Assembly (NCBI GenBank): GCA_964626665.1
Contig: CAZVGK010000020.1
Coordinates: 1 to 58,133, forward strand
Direction of reading: 5' to 3'
Origin: an uncultured Gemmatimonadota bacterium
Lineage (GTDB): Bacteria > SM23-81 > DAOVCL01
Length of the DNA stretch: 58,133 nucleotides
Shown here: piece by piece, positions 1-9,751 of the stretch
How the letters are laid out: each line of letters opens with the position of its first letter
How positions within the stretch are numbered: position 1 is the stretch's first letter
The notes under the pieces: generated by a model
Seen by the model: only the letters and a program-made list of their open reading frames with translations
Database searches by the model: none
Told to the model about the DNA's origin: nothing
Translations under genes and position numbers: made by a program

Positions 1-12
1 AGCCTACCTTCT

Positions 13-126
13 GCAGTTTCGGGCTCTAGGCTTTAATATACAAGGGACAGGTCTTCAGACCTGTCCGTAGGGTCCCCTGGGCTAAAGCCTGGCAAAGGTT
101 ACCCCGGCTAAAGCCCGGTAGAAGAA
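13..126. repeat. Composite REP-like repeat, inverted copy of the window's last ~113 nt
   Basis: 13-55 is the exact reverse complement of 58091-58133. Similarity continues through the GGACAGGTCTTCAGACCTGTCC hairpin and TACCCCGGCTAAAGCCCGGTAG. Confidence 0.9.
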
Positions 127-320
127 GACTTCTTCCCAGCAGATAGATGTTCTCACCTGACGGCACTGGTGGCAACTTCTACTGCACCTTAAGTGCTGGT
201 TAGAACCTAAGGTTCCTGAGTGTGGGATACAGAGTGATTTTTTAAACTTTGGGGTCTGCGTTCATCTGCGACCTATAGCATCCGCCTGAAGGGTATTAAG
301 TTAGAAGGAGAGATCATTTT

Positions 321-2507
321 ATGTTTGGCATAACCCATTTGGGGCTTTTCCTACAGGGAGGGAGGATCTGGTTAGGATTGGGCATTTTCCTGTTGGCTGC
401 TGGCCTGGCCTACTATTCCTATCGCACCACCAATCCACCGGTATCCTCCGCCAAGAGGCACCTGCTTATGGGGCTACGCACCTTAGCCTTCTTTTTGCTT
501 ATTCTCGCTATCTCCGAGCCCGTCTTTTCCCTGGTGCGCCACCTCTCCAAGCCCCCGGTGGTGGCCCTCCTGGTGGACACATCGCAGAGTATGTCCATTT
601 TGGAGGAAGGAAAACGCAGGTTAGAGAGGGTGCAGGAGCTCCTTGATTCCGGATGGAGGAGAAAACTCACCTCGCGAGGGCGCCTTTTCCCCTATCGATT
701 TTCTTCCGGGATTTCCCCATTGGGTCCCGTGGATAGCTTGCAGGCCACAGGGAAGGGGACGGCCATCGGTGATGCGCTCTTGGGGACCAAGAAGGAGCTC
801 TCTGGGGAGAATGTGGTAGGAATGATCGTCTTCACCGATGGGGAGAACAATCTGGGCAGGGATCCCCTGCAGGTTGCCAAAGGACTGGAGGTTCCCCTGT
901 TCCCCGTGGGGGTGGGTAGCCCGCAACCTCCTAAGGATCTGGCCATCACCGGTTACCAGACAAATGAGGTGGCCTATGTAGGGGCCAAGCTTCCGGTGAA
1001 GGCCACCATCAGGGGGTCTGGTTTCTCTGGTCAGAAGGGGCTGCTCTACCTCAGGGAGAGGGGGATAACCTTGGATCGAAAGGAGTTTCCTCTCCCCAGT
1101 GAGGGAGGTGAGGTCGAGGTCTCCCTCAGCTTTGTCCCTCAGAAGGAGGGCCTGCATAAGTTCACTATCTTCCTCCCCCCTAAAAAGGGGGAGCTTACCG
1201 GGGAGAACAACCAGAGGCAGTTCTATGTTCAGGTCCTCAAAAGCAAGCTAAAGATCCTCCTCATCTCTGGTGGGCCATCCTGGGATTTCTCCTTTTTGCG
1301 GCGAGCCTTGGAGGAGGATGAAAATGTAGAGGCCAAATTTTATATAGGTAAGAGAGGTGGATTTTATGAGGGCAGACCTCCGGCCAAACCGAAGGAGCTA
1401 AAGGGATACGATCTGGTTATCCTGCAAAATTGCCCTCGGAGGTTGATCAAGGGGGAGATAGAGGATCTATTGGTGGACTATGTAAGGGAAGGGGGGGCGC
1501 TTTTGATGACCGGTGGGGTGGGGTCATTTGGCCGGGGGGGGTATGCCTCCTCACCATTGGCCAAGATCCTTCCCGTGGTCTTGTCCCCCCGGGAGGCAGT
1601 GATCACCGGCAGTTTCTCCCCCCTGCTTACCCTAAAGGGCAGGGCCCATCCGGTTACTGGGTTGGAGCCTGACCCCAATCTTAATGAGGCGGCCTGGGCC
1701 GATCTCCCGCCACTGCAGGCGGTAAATTTCGTGGTAGGGGTTGCTTCGGGGGCCCAGGTTTTGGCTATTCATCCTACTCTTAAACTGGGGAGAGAAACCC
1801 TGCCGATGATAGCGGTGGAGAGATATGGCCAGGGTAAGCTAATGGCTATTACCGGTTTCCCCCTCTGGAGGTGGGACTTCCTTGAATGGGGGTTTGGCAA
1901 AAGCAACAGCTACTATCTTAGATTTTGGTCCAATGCCATAAGATGGCTGGTTACCAGGGAGGAGGCCAAATTGGTGAGGGTAACCCCCTCCCATAAGGTT
2001 TATAAGGCTGGGGAGAGGGTAAGCTTCTCGGGGAAGGTCTTCGACGAGAACTATCAGCCCGTAAGTAATGCCCGGATTTCCCTGCAGGTGAGGCCAAAGA
2101 AGGGCAAGCCAATCCCCCTAACCCTGGCCCCAGGGGAGGAGAAGGGGGGATACCGTGGCACCCTGGGGATCCTGCCCCCAGGGGATTACCAATATCAGGC
2201 TCAGGCCAGCTTAGAGGGGGTCACCCTGGGCCAGGATAGGGGGGAATTTACGGTGAGCCAGTATAGCATTGAGTTTGAGGATACCAGGATGGAGCGGAGC
2301 TCCCTCTTGGAGTTGGCTCAGGCAAGCGGCGGTGAGTACTTTGACCTCAAAGATGCTTCGTCCCTACCCTCTCACATCCCCTTTGCCCAGAAGGAGATCC
2401 AGGTGTCCAAGGAGACGGAGGTCTGGGACAGTCCCCTTCTGCTAGTTCTCATAGTGATAGTTTTGGCGGCAGAATGGACGATAAGGAAGAGGAACAGGAT
2501 GCTTTGA
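321..2507 (+). CDS. Membrane protein with VWA domain and glutamine amidotransferase-like (DUF1355-type) domain
   Basis: N-terminal TM helices, VWA MIDAS motif DTSQSM plus FTDG, Ig/CARDB-like segment, GATase-like YVREGGALLMTGG, C-terminal TM ending EWTIRKR; RBS AGGAG. Confidence 0.8.
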   Translation: MFGITHLGLFLQGGRIWLGLGIFLLAAGLAYYSYRTTNPPVSSAKRHLLMGLRTLAFFLLILAISEPVFSLVRHLSKPPVVALLVDTSQSMSILEEGKRRLERVQELLDSGWRRKLTSRGRLFPYRFSSGISPLGPVDSLQATGKGTAIGDALLGTKKELSGENVVGMIVFTDGENNLGRDPLQVAKGLEVPLFPVGVGSPQPPKDLAITGYQTNEVAYVGAKLPVKATIRGSGFSGQKGLLYLRERGITLDRKEFPLPSEGGEVEVSLSFVPQKEGLHKFTIFLPPKKGELTGENNQRQFYVQVLKSKLKILLISGGPSWDFSFLRRALEEDENVEAKFYIGKRGGFYEGRPPAKPKELKGYDLVILQNCPRRLIKGEIEDLLVDYVREGGALLMTGGVGSFGRGGYASSPLAKILPVVLSPREAVITGSFSPLLTLKGRAHPVTGLEPDPNLNEAAWADLPPLQAVNFVVGVASGAQVLAIHPTLKLGRETLPMIAVERYGQGKLMAITGFPLWRWDFLEWGFGKSNSYYLRFWSNAIRWLVTREEAKLVRVTPSHKVYKAGERVSFSGKVFDENYQPVSNARISLQVRPKKGKPIPLTLAPGEEKGGYRGTLGILPPGDYQYQAQASLEGVTLGQDRGEFTVSQYSIEFEDTRMERSSLLELAQASGGEYFDLKDASSLPSHIPFAQKEIQVSKETEVWDSPLLLVLIVIVLAAEWTIRKRNRML

Positions 2508-2508
2508 G

Positions 2509-4221
2509 ATGTTTCGCTGGCTTCCCCTCGTATTGATGCTCATCTCCTCTGGGGCAAGGGCCCAGGGGTTGGTGATAAATGAGGTATTAGCCCATCCCAG
2601 TCAGGTACAGGCTGATTGTGAGTGGGTTGAGTTATTCAATCCCGGTTCTACGAGCGTTGATCTTCAGGGCTGGGAATTTGAGGGGAAACCCCTCTCCGAC
2701 GCCCCTTTTATCCTCCAAGGTGAGGGTTATCTCATCATGGCCAGGGAACTGGTGGACAATGACTCCAATGGGATAAGCTTCGAATCTGTATGGGGGGACA
2801 GTAGTGGGATCTGGGGAGATAATAGTCTTCTGGAGAATTACGCAGCTATCCAGTTGTCGATGGTGCTCAATGATGGCAGGGACTCGGTTTCCCTTGTCTC
2901 CCCTTTGGGGGACAGGCAGGTTTTCCATTGGGAAACAACCACAGAGGGCAGATCCTGGGAGAAGGTGAATCCCCTAAAAGGTGACAGACCGGAAAACTGG
3001 GAGATCTGCCGAGGATTGTCCACTCCTGGCAGGAGAAACAGTTGGACCCTTGCCCACTGGGATGCGGCCATTTTTGCTCGAAACATTTCCTTTTCTCCTC
3101 TCTTCCCCTCTACGAGAGATTCGGTCGAGGTCGAAGGATTTGTGCACAACAGCGGGGACCGGCAGCTCCCTGCCTCTATCCTCCAGGTCTATTTCTTCGA
3201 GGATTTTGACCTCGATTCGACAATTGATGAAGGGGAGAAGATAGCCCAGGTAGGAATAGAGGGAGCAATTGCGCCTGGCGATTCGGCAGAGGTCTCCTCT
3301 CCCGCGGGGCCTTTTAGCTCAGGAAGCCATCTTATCTGCCTCTTGGTCTGCTACCCCCAGGATGAGGATACGAGCAACAATCTGGCCGGGAGGTTCCTGG
3401 AAGTCCCCTTTGAAAAGGCCTCGGTGGTGGTAAACGAGATAATGTATGACCCCTGGGAGGGACCGGAGTGGGTGGAGATATTGAACATTGGGGGAACTGC
3501 AATAAGCTTGCAGGGGTGGATGGTGGGAGATGAGGTGGTTGTAAGTTCGCCGCTTACCTCCCCGGAGGCAACTCTGGAGGATGAGGGATATGCAGTGATT
3601 ACCTCGGACTCCTTGGGGTTTCGTGCGGCTTACCCTCAGGTGGGCTCTCCCATCTGGGAAGTGCAGGGTTTCCCCAGCCTGAACAATGATGCCGATATGG
3701 TGTTGATTTCCGATGCCAGCGGCCATTCAGTGGATAGCTTCCTCTACTCCCATAAGTGGGGAGGGGATAAGGGGATCTCCCTGGAAAGAATAAATCCTCA
3801 GCTCCCCTCTTCCGGTTCGGCCAACTGGTCATCCTGCGTTGCTCCCCAAGGAGCTACCCCCGGAGAGGAAAACAGCATCTATGCCCCGCTTCTCCCGCCC
3901 AAGGGGGAACTCTCCATCAATCCCAACCCTTTCTCCCCAGATGGGGATGGGAGGGATGATCGGACCCTTATCTCCTATAGGCTGCCAGTGGAGACGGCAT
4001 TAGTGACCATCAGGGTTTACGACCTTCAGGGGAGGGCATTGGCCACTATTGCCAACCAGGAACCTACGGGATACAAAGGAGAGAAGATCTGGGATGGACG
4101 GGATAGCCACGGGAAAAGGCTTAGTATGGGCCTCTATATCCTCTACTTAGAGGCGCTCAACTCCTCCCGCGGGGTGTTGGTTAACCTGAAGAAGCCGTTG
4201 GTGGTTGCGGGAAGGCTTTGA
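2509..4221 (+). CDS. Secreted protein with two lamin-tail domains, CARDB and C-terminal CHU_C/FlgD-Ig-type sorting domain
   Basis: Signal peptide; two INE..P...EWVE(L/I).N lamin-tail motifs; C-terminal NPNPFSPDGDGRDD...WDG...GLYILYL. Confidence 0.8.
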   Translation: MFRWLPLVLMLISSGARAQGLVINEVLAHPSQVQADCEWVELFNPGSTSVDLQGWEFEGKPLSDAPFILQGEGYLIMARELVDNDSNGISFESVWGDSSGIWGDNSLLENYAAIQLSMVLNDGRDSVSLVSPLGDRQVFHWETTTEGRSWEKVNPLKGDRPENWEICRGLSTPGRRNSWTLAHWDAAIFARNISFSPLFPSTRDSVEVEGFVHNSGDRQLPASILQVYFFEDFDLDSTIDEGEKIAQVGIEGAIAPGDSAEVSSPAGPFSSGSHLICLLVCYPQDEDTSNNLAGRFLEVPFEKASVVVNEIMYDPWEGPEWVEILNIGGTAISLQGWMVGDEVVVSSPLTSPEATLEDEGYAVITSDSLGFRAAYPQVGSPIWEVQGFPSLNNDADMVLISDASGHSVDSFLYSHKWGGDKGISLERINPQLPSSGSANWSSCVAPQGATPGEENSIYAPLLPPKGELSINPNPFSPDGDGRDDRTLISYRLPVETALVTIRVYDLQGRALATIANQEPTGYKGEKIWDGRDSHGKRLSMGLYILYLEALNSSRGVLVNLKKPLVVAGRL

Positions 4222-4463
4222 GAAAACCAGATTCTTACCACGGATCAGCACGGACCAACCCAGAAAAGGATTTGCCCTGGTCATGTTCCGTGAAATTCCG
4301 TGACGCTCCGTGGTAATCCGTGGTCTCCCACTGCCCTCTTGCCGGGGAGTTCTTAACAATTAGCAACAGAGGAGTACCTGCTAAAGCATCTTAAAACACT
4401 AAGGGAAAACAGAATCTAAAAACGCTTATCAATTGGGAATTCAGCATTGGGGGGACCTTAATT

Positions 4464-5708
4464 GTGGACAAAGAGATTGCTGAAAAAGTAGTGCATCAAA
4501 CTTTGAGTGTATCCGAAAATCAAGTAGTTGAAATCCGGGGTGATAAGAATGTGATTGACTTCATGGAAATATTGGCCGTTGAAGTTGAGGTGGCAGGTGG
4601 GCTCCCTTTTATTAATGTCTTTTCTGATGAATACATAGAAAACAAATGTAAATACGTGCCGGACAAATATCTAAAACGCCCCCCATATGTTTTAAAAGAA
4701 CTGACTGAAAGGAAGAACAAGATAATAAACATCATCAGTAGAGATCCTCAGAGAACATTTAAGGTTACATCTGGCAAATTGGAACTGTTTCAGGCAGCAT
4801 ATAGAGCCTTAGAAGAGGAAGAGGATAAAAAACGGATTCCGAATGTTCAGGTAGCCTATCCAACTAAAGAGAGGTCAGCATTCTACGGTATTGAATTTGG
4901 GAGATATAAGAAAATTCTTTTTGATGCATTAAACGTTGATTACTTGAATTTAAGGGCAAAAGGAGAAAAAATAGTAAAGCTTTTTAATAATGGCGATAAA
5001 CTCCAAGTAAAGACTGCAAATGGGACAGACATTACTATGAGTATTCAAGGAAGAGAAGCAAGACTTGTGGATGGAATTATTGACAATGAGGACATAAGTT
5101 CCGGCAACTATTTGGAAAGTCTGCCATCAGGGTGTATTTATATCTTACCTGTTGAGGGAAGTGCCAATGGGAAAATTGTCTTTGAAAAGACATACCTACG
5201 AGGACAATTACTTGAAAATCTTACATTTGAATTTTGTAACCCACATTCCGGAAAAAATTTAAGGTCAAATACGAACAACTACGGAAAAATCAACCAATTA
5301 GGTAGTTTTTTAATAACCGGCAATTGAAATGTAGTCCATAAAAATCTAGAAAATTTGTCTTTGAAAATCAATAAGTTACGAATCCAAAATTTGATTTTCC
5401 GGAATGTGGGTTGTAAGGGTAAGTTAATAAGATATTCTGCAGAACGGAACGGAGAAGTTTTTCAAAGAATTATGAATGGCGCAACAGGGGACAAAGACAA
5501 GGTTAGTCATATTGGATTTGGATTAAACCCTGCAATAACACAGCCTACAGGAGATCTATTACTGGATGAACATGTTATAGGGGCCTTTTTTTTAGCTCTC
5601 GGAGAGAACAGGTACTTGGGAGGCAAGAATCGGTCATCCCTTAATATAGATTTTGTTACTTTCAATACCGAAATATACCTGGATGATGAACGTATCATAG
5701 TTCAGTAG
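4464..5708 (+). pseudogene. M29-family (thermophilic metalloprotease-like) aminopeptidase interrupted by a MITE
   Basis: ORFs 4464-5327 and 5355-5708 are in one frame. Motifs GTDITMSI, LPSG, GFGLNP and DEH...ALGEN are present. Removing a 177-bp insertion restores a 355-aa ORF. Confidence 0.8.
5240..5410. mobile_element. 171-bp MITE with 16-bp terminal inverted repeats and 6-bp target-site duplication
   Basis: CCCACATTCCGGAAAA (5240-5255) and TTTTCCGGAATGTGGG (5395-5410), flanked by TTGTAA at 5234-5239 and 5411-5416. Confidence 0.9.
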
Positions 5709-5759
5709 ATGCCGCCAAGATGGGTGAAAAGGGCTAAAAACGACTACAAATAAAAAAGG

Positions 5760-6790
5760 ATATTTTACTAGCCCGAATTATTCTAAGTTCCTGCTCAGAT
5801 CCTCCGAGCCACCAATGATTGAGCGGTCAGATGCCTTCATCTGACCGTTATTGGCCAGCCATTAGGTACCCTTACCTGACGGCACGGGGGACGGTGGCAG
5901 AATCGGGGTTCTGCCACCTCAATTTTGCTGATGGGGTTATCCCCAACCCACAAGGTGACAGCAGATTACACAGCGCAGCAAAGCCGCAACCAAAAAATCG
6001 TTGGGTATCGTTACTCTTTGGGTCGTCGGGGCTCAAGCTCTTTCAGCGAATGTGGATAGAAGGCCCGCACAGAAGTGCAGCAGAGGTTAGAGATTGCTTC
6101 GGCTAGCCACTTCGCTGCCGCTCAGGGCAAGCCTCGCAATGACGGACAAATGGATGCGTTATTGCTCGCCCTGTTAGATATCAATAACATCTTGGCAAGA
6201 GCCAAAAATTATGGGACTTATCTAACAGGGTGAGGAGCAAACCTACGAAGCAATCTCATTCTACCCGGCTTTAGCCGGGGTAACCTCTCCTGGGCTTCAG
6301 CCCAGGAGCCCCTGCGGACAGGTCTTTAGACCTGTCCCAACAATGTTTTTCAATGGGGTTTTAGCCCCATAAAGGGACCTAAAGGCCCTGAACTAGCTGG
6401 CTTCATAAGGCAACTTCTTAAAATCTGTGTCAAGTTTTGCAGCCAGTAATTGCAGATTGAAAATTGAAAATATCAAAATGAAAGGTAAGATGTGGGCTTA
6501 ACACGGTGGAAGCAATAATGATTTTTACGTTTTGCATTCTTCAATTTGAAATTCGGAGCTTCGCTTGATTTGAGTCGCCATACCTTGACGGTTTGAGGCG
6601 AAGCTTCGCTAGCACTAAAGTGCGGTAGAAGTCTTTGTAGGGGCGCAAGGCCTTTCGCCCCTACAAAGGCAACTTAGTTGCCCAAAAAACAAGATCTTGC
6701 AAAATTGTAGTACAAAACCGTTGGAAATTTATGAATAGATCGAGTTAGCTCTGTCCGAAAGAAGCGGACAGACATAAATGTCTGTCCCTA
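5760..6790. repeat. Intergenic mosaic of REP-like palindromes and nested mini-elements
   Basis: Hairpins at 5823-5848, 5893-5918, CTACCCGGCTTTAGCCGGGGTA (~6261), GGACAGGTCTTTAGACCTGTCC (~6316) and GTAGGGGCGCAAGGCCTTTCGCCCCTAC (~6637); no credible ORF. Confidence 0.8.
6166..6233. mobile_element. Very small MITE-like element (CCCTGTTAGATA...TATCTAACAGGG) nested in another repeat
   Basis: Perfect 12-bp inverted ends at 6169-6180 and 6219-6230 split a TTATTGC|GAGGAGC...CGAAGCAATCTC repeat arm. Confidence 0.6.
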
Positions 6791-6812
6791 CATTGGAGGA
6801 TATGAGGAGGCT

Positions 6813-7958
6813 ATGAAAATCGAGGAGAGGCTTTATACCCCAGGTCCTACCCAAATCCCGCAGCGGATCCTGAGGGCGATCTCCCAACCACTTATCCATC
6901 ATAGGTCAGAGGAGTTTAAGAAGCTCTTTGAGGGGATTAGGGAGAGGTTAAAATATCCCTTTCAAACCAAAAATGAGGTTCTCATTCTCACCTCATCGGG
7001 GACAGGGGCAATGGAGGCGGTTATCTCCAACCTCTTCTCCCCGGGTGAGAGGGTGCTGGTGATCGAGGGGGGGAAGTTTGGCCACAGGTGGGCCGAGATC
7101 TCCCAGGCCTTTGACTTGGATGTGATGAAGCTGCAGGTTGAGTTGGGGGAGGCCGCAGATCCGGAAGAGGTGAAAGGGATTGTGGCCAAAGATAAGGGGA
7201 TATGCGCGGTTTTGGCCACTCTCTGTGAGACATCCACCGGGGTGGTGGAGGACATTCAGGGGATAGGTAGGGCATTACCGGGCTCCCCGACCCTCCTGAT
7301 TGTGGATGCCGTCAGCGGCTTGGCAGTTGACGAACTGCGGCCCGATGAGTGGGGGGTTGATGTGGTAGTCTCCGCCTCCCAGAAGGGATTGATGCTTCCC
7401 CCTGGCCTAAGCTTTCTCTCCCTTAGCCCCCGAGCTAAGGAGAGGGTAGAGAAGTCCTCCTCCCCCAGATACTACTGGGATCTGAGGGAATACGATGGTT
7501 TTGCCCAGAGGGGGTTTACCCCCTATACCCCATCCATTTCCCTTTTCTTCGGCCTTCAGGAGGCCCTCTCGATGTTTGAGGAGGAGGGGATGGAAGGGGT
7601 TTGGAGCAGACACAAAAGGCTTGCCCAGGCAACAAGGAGGGGGATAGAGGCCCTCGGGCTGCAGCCCTTCTCCCGCCGTCCCTCCAACGGGCTTACCGCG
7701 GTGAGGATCCCCCCTGATTTGGATGGTGAGAGGTTGCTGGAGGCCCTGAGGTCTGACTTTGGGGTCCTCCTTGCCCACGGTCAGGGTGAGCTCAAGGGGA
7801 GAATATTCCGGTTGGCCCATATGGGGTGGATAGCAGAAGGTGATATCCTCAGGGTAATTGGTGCCTTAGAGCTGGCCTTAAGGAAACTTGGTTTTAAGGT
7901 GGAAGTGGGCAAGGGAACGGGAGCAGCGATGGATCTGCTGATGGGGGTGAGTGAATGA
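6813..7958 (+). CDS. Class V PLP aminotransferase (AGAT/serine-pyruvate family; probable phosphoserine aminotransferase role)
   Basis: TPGPT, HHRS, SSGTGAME, VDAVS and SASQKGLMLPPGL (PLP lysine); overlaps the serA start. Confidence 0.9.
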   Translation: MKIEERLYTPGPTQIPQRILRAISQPLIHHRSEEFKKLFEGIRERLKYPFQTKNEVLILTSSGTGAMEAVISNLFSPGERVLVIEGGKFGHRWAEISQAFDLDVMKLQVELGEAADPEEVKGIVAKDKGICAVLATLCETSTGVVEDIQGIGRALPGSPTLLIVDAVSGLAVDELRPDEWGVDVVVSASQKGLMLPPGLSFLSLSPRAKERVEKSSSPRYYWDLREYDGFAQRGFTPYTPSISLFFGLQEALSMFEEEGMEGVWSRHKRLAQATRRGIEALGLQPFSRRPSNGLTAVRIPPDLDGERLLEALRSDFGVLLAHGQGELKGRIFRLAHMGWIAEGDILRVIGALELALRKLGFKVEVGKGTGAAMDLLMGVSE

Positions 7959-9532
7959 AGCTGTTGGTGGCGGAACCCATTTCCCAGGAAGGGTTGGGCA
8001 AGCTCCAGGCAGAGCTAAATACTGACACTATATATGACCTCTCCCGCCAGGAGCTTCTTGAGGTTATTAATGGCTATACTGGCCTTATAGTCAGGGGTCA
8101 CATTCGGGTGGACGAGGAGCTCCTCAGTAGAGGTGAGAAGTTAAAGGTGGTGGGAAGGGCGGGAACCGGGGTGGACAACATCGATATAGATGCGGCCACC
8201 AGGAGGGGGATACTGGTGGTGAATACACCGGAGAGCAACACCGTCTCCGCTGCCGAACACACCATGGCCCTCCTCTTGGGGCAGATGAGAAACCTTCCCC
8301 TGGCCACCGCCTTGGTGCGGGAGGGAAAGTGGGGGGAGGCCCGCATCCGGGGGGTAGAGGTCCTGGGGAAGACCCTGGGCATCATCGGGCTGGGGAGGAT
8401 TGGCTCCCTGGTCTCCCAGATGGCCCAGGGGATGGGGATGAGGGTGGTGGCCTATGACCCCTATATTCCCTTAGAGAGATTTGAGAGGTTTGGGGCAGAG
8501 CGGATGGCTAGCTTAGAGGAGCTTCTGCACTGTTCTGATTTTATCACCGTTCATACCCCCAAAAATGAGGAGACCTATGGGATGATTGGGGGAAAGGAAT
8601 TTGGGTTGATGAAGGATGGGGTAAGGGTGGTAAACTGTGCCCGCGGAGGGATAATCAACGAGCAAGCCCTCTACCTGACCCTCAAATCTGGGAAGGTGAA
8701 GAGCGCCGCTTTGGATGTCTTTGACCAGGAGCCCTGTCGAGAGAACCCCCTATTTGAGCTTGACTCCGTGGCCTTTACCCCCCATTTAGGGGCAATGACC
8801 GTGGAGGCACAGAGGAAGGTAGGGGAGGCCATTGCCGAGGAGATGGTCAGGGCAATGAAGGGAGAGCTGGTCAGGTATGCGGTAAACCTCCCGGCGATAA
8901 GGCCCAAAACCCTTCCTTACCTAAGCCCTTTCATCTCCCTGGCCGAGAGGATGGGCTCTCTCTATACTCAGCTCTTTCGGCCCCAGATGGGGGAGATCGA
9001 GATCCTTTATAGGGGAGAGATCGCCGATTACAACCTGCAATTGGTAACCACCAGCTTCTTGAAGGGGCTCTTGAGTCCCATCTTAGAGGAAGAGGTCAAC
9101 TTAGTCAATGCCGCCCTGGTGGCTGAGGAGAGGGGCTTGAGGGTGAGGGAGTCCAGGCTCAGGCAGGGCGCTGGTAACCCCAGTTTGCTCACCCTCCGGG
9201 GAAAGGAAGGGGAGGTCTCCGGGACGGTTTACGGCAAGGAAGATCTGCGGATTACCGATATTGATGGTTTCCAGGTGGATTTTGTCCCCTCTGGTTATAT
9301 CCTCATCGACTACCACAAACTTCCCCATACCACTACTCCTGGGGTCATCGGCCAGATAGGGACGCTCTTGGGCCGGATGGGGGTGAACATCAAGAAGATT
9401 CAGGTGGAAGGAGACCCCCAAAGGGGGATGGCCCTGATGGTGCTCAACATTGATAATCCACTTCCCTCTAAGGCGAAGGAGAAGCTACTAAAGGTAGAAG
9501 GCCTCTTGGAGGTGAGGCCAGTCAAACTTTAG
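7955..9532 (+). CDS. serA: D-3-phosphoglycerate dehydrogenase
   Basis: GRAGTGVDNID, GIIGLGRIG, NCARGG, TPHLGA.T.EAQ; ASB and ACT-like C-terminal domains; 525 aa. Confidence 0.95.
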   Translation: MKLLVAEPISQEGLGKLQAELNTDTIYDLSRQELLEVINGYTGLIVRGHIRVDEELLSRGEKLKVVGRAGTGVDNIDIDAATRRGILVVNTPESNTVSAAEHTMALLLGQMRNLPLATALVREGKWGEARIRGVEVLGKTLGIIGLGRIGSLVSQMAQGMGMRVVAYDPYIPLERFERFGAERMASLEELLHCSDFITVHTPKNEETYGMIGGKEFGLMKDGVRVVNCARGGIINEQALYLTLKSGKVKSAALDVFDQEPCRENPLFELDSVAFTPHLGAMTVEAQRKVGEAIAEEMVRAMKGELVRYAVNLPAIRPKTLPYLSPFISLAERMGSLYTQLFRPQMGEIEILYRGEIADYNLQLVTTSFLKGLLSPILEEEVNLVNAALVAEERGLRVRESRLRQGAGNPSLLTLRGKEGEVSGTVYGKEDLRITDIDGFQVDFVPSGYILIDYHKLPHTTTPGVIGQIGTLLGRMGVNIKKIQVEGDPQRGMALMVLNIDNPLPSKAKEKLLKVEGLLEVRPVKL

Positions 9533-9541
9533 ACAAATTGT

Positions 9542-9730
9542 GCTGTCAGGAGTTACCTCCTGACAGCCCTAGAGAGGTCTGGAGACCTCTCCCCCAAGTG
9601 GCAGGATCGGGGTTCTGCCACCTCATTTTGATTTTTGGACAGGATATACAGGATTGTCAGGATAAAAGGCATATAAAGAAATCATGTAAATCCTGGTCAT
9701 CCCGTCAAAAACGGCCTTGCTGTAAGCGGC
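9542..9730. repeat. REP-like palindrome cluster
   Basis: GCTGTCAGGAGTTACCTCCTGACAGC, GAGAGGTCTGGAGACCTCTC, GTGGCAGGATCGGGGTTCTGCCAC and ACAGGAT/ATCCTG arms. Confidence 0.75.
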
Positions 9731-9751
9731 TAAATTCACAAGGAGGTTTTT

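Noticed and set aside
5325-5327. In-frame TGA as selenocysteine or recoding
   Set aside because: It lies inside a TIR/TSD-bounded insertion, not at a conserved Cys position, and all other genes use TGA as stop.
5819-6106. 95-aa ORF (similarly 9538-9765, 12623-12829, 47776-48015, 47963-48190, 51653-51850, 55212-55403)
   Set aside because: These are translations of REP/MITE sequence; the recurring GFCHL-type peptide comes from the B hairpin. No RBS or family signal.
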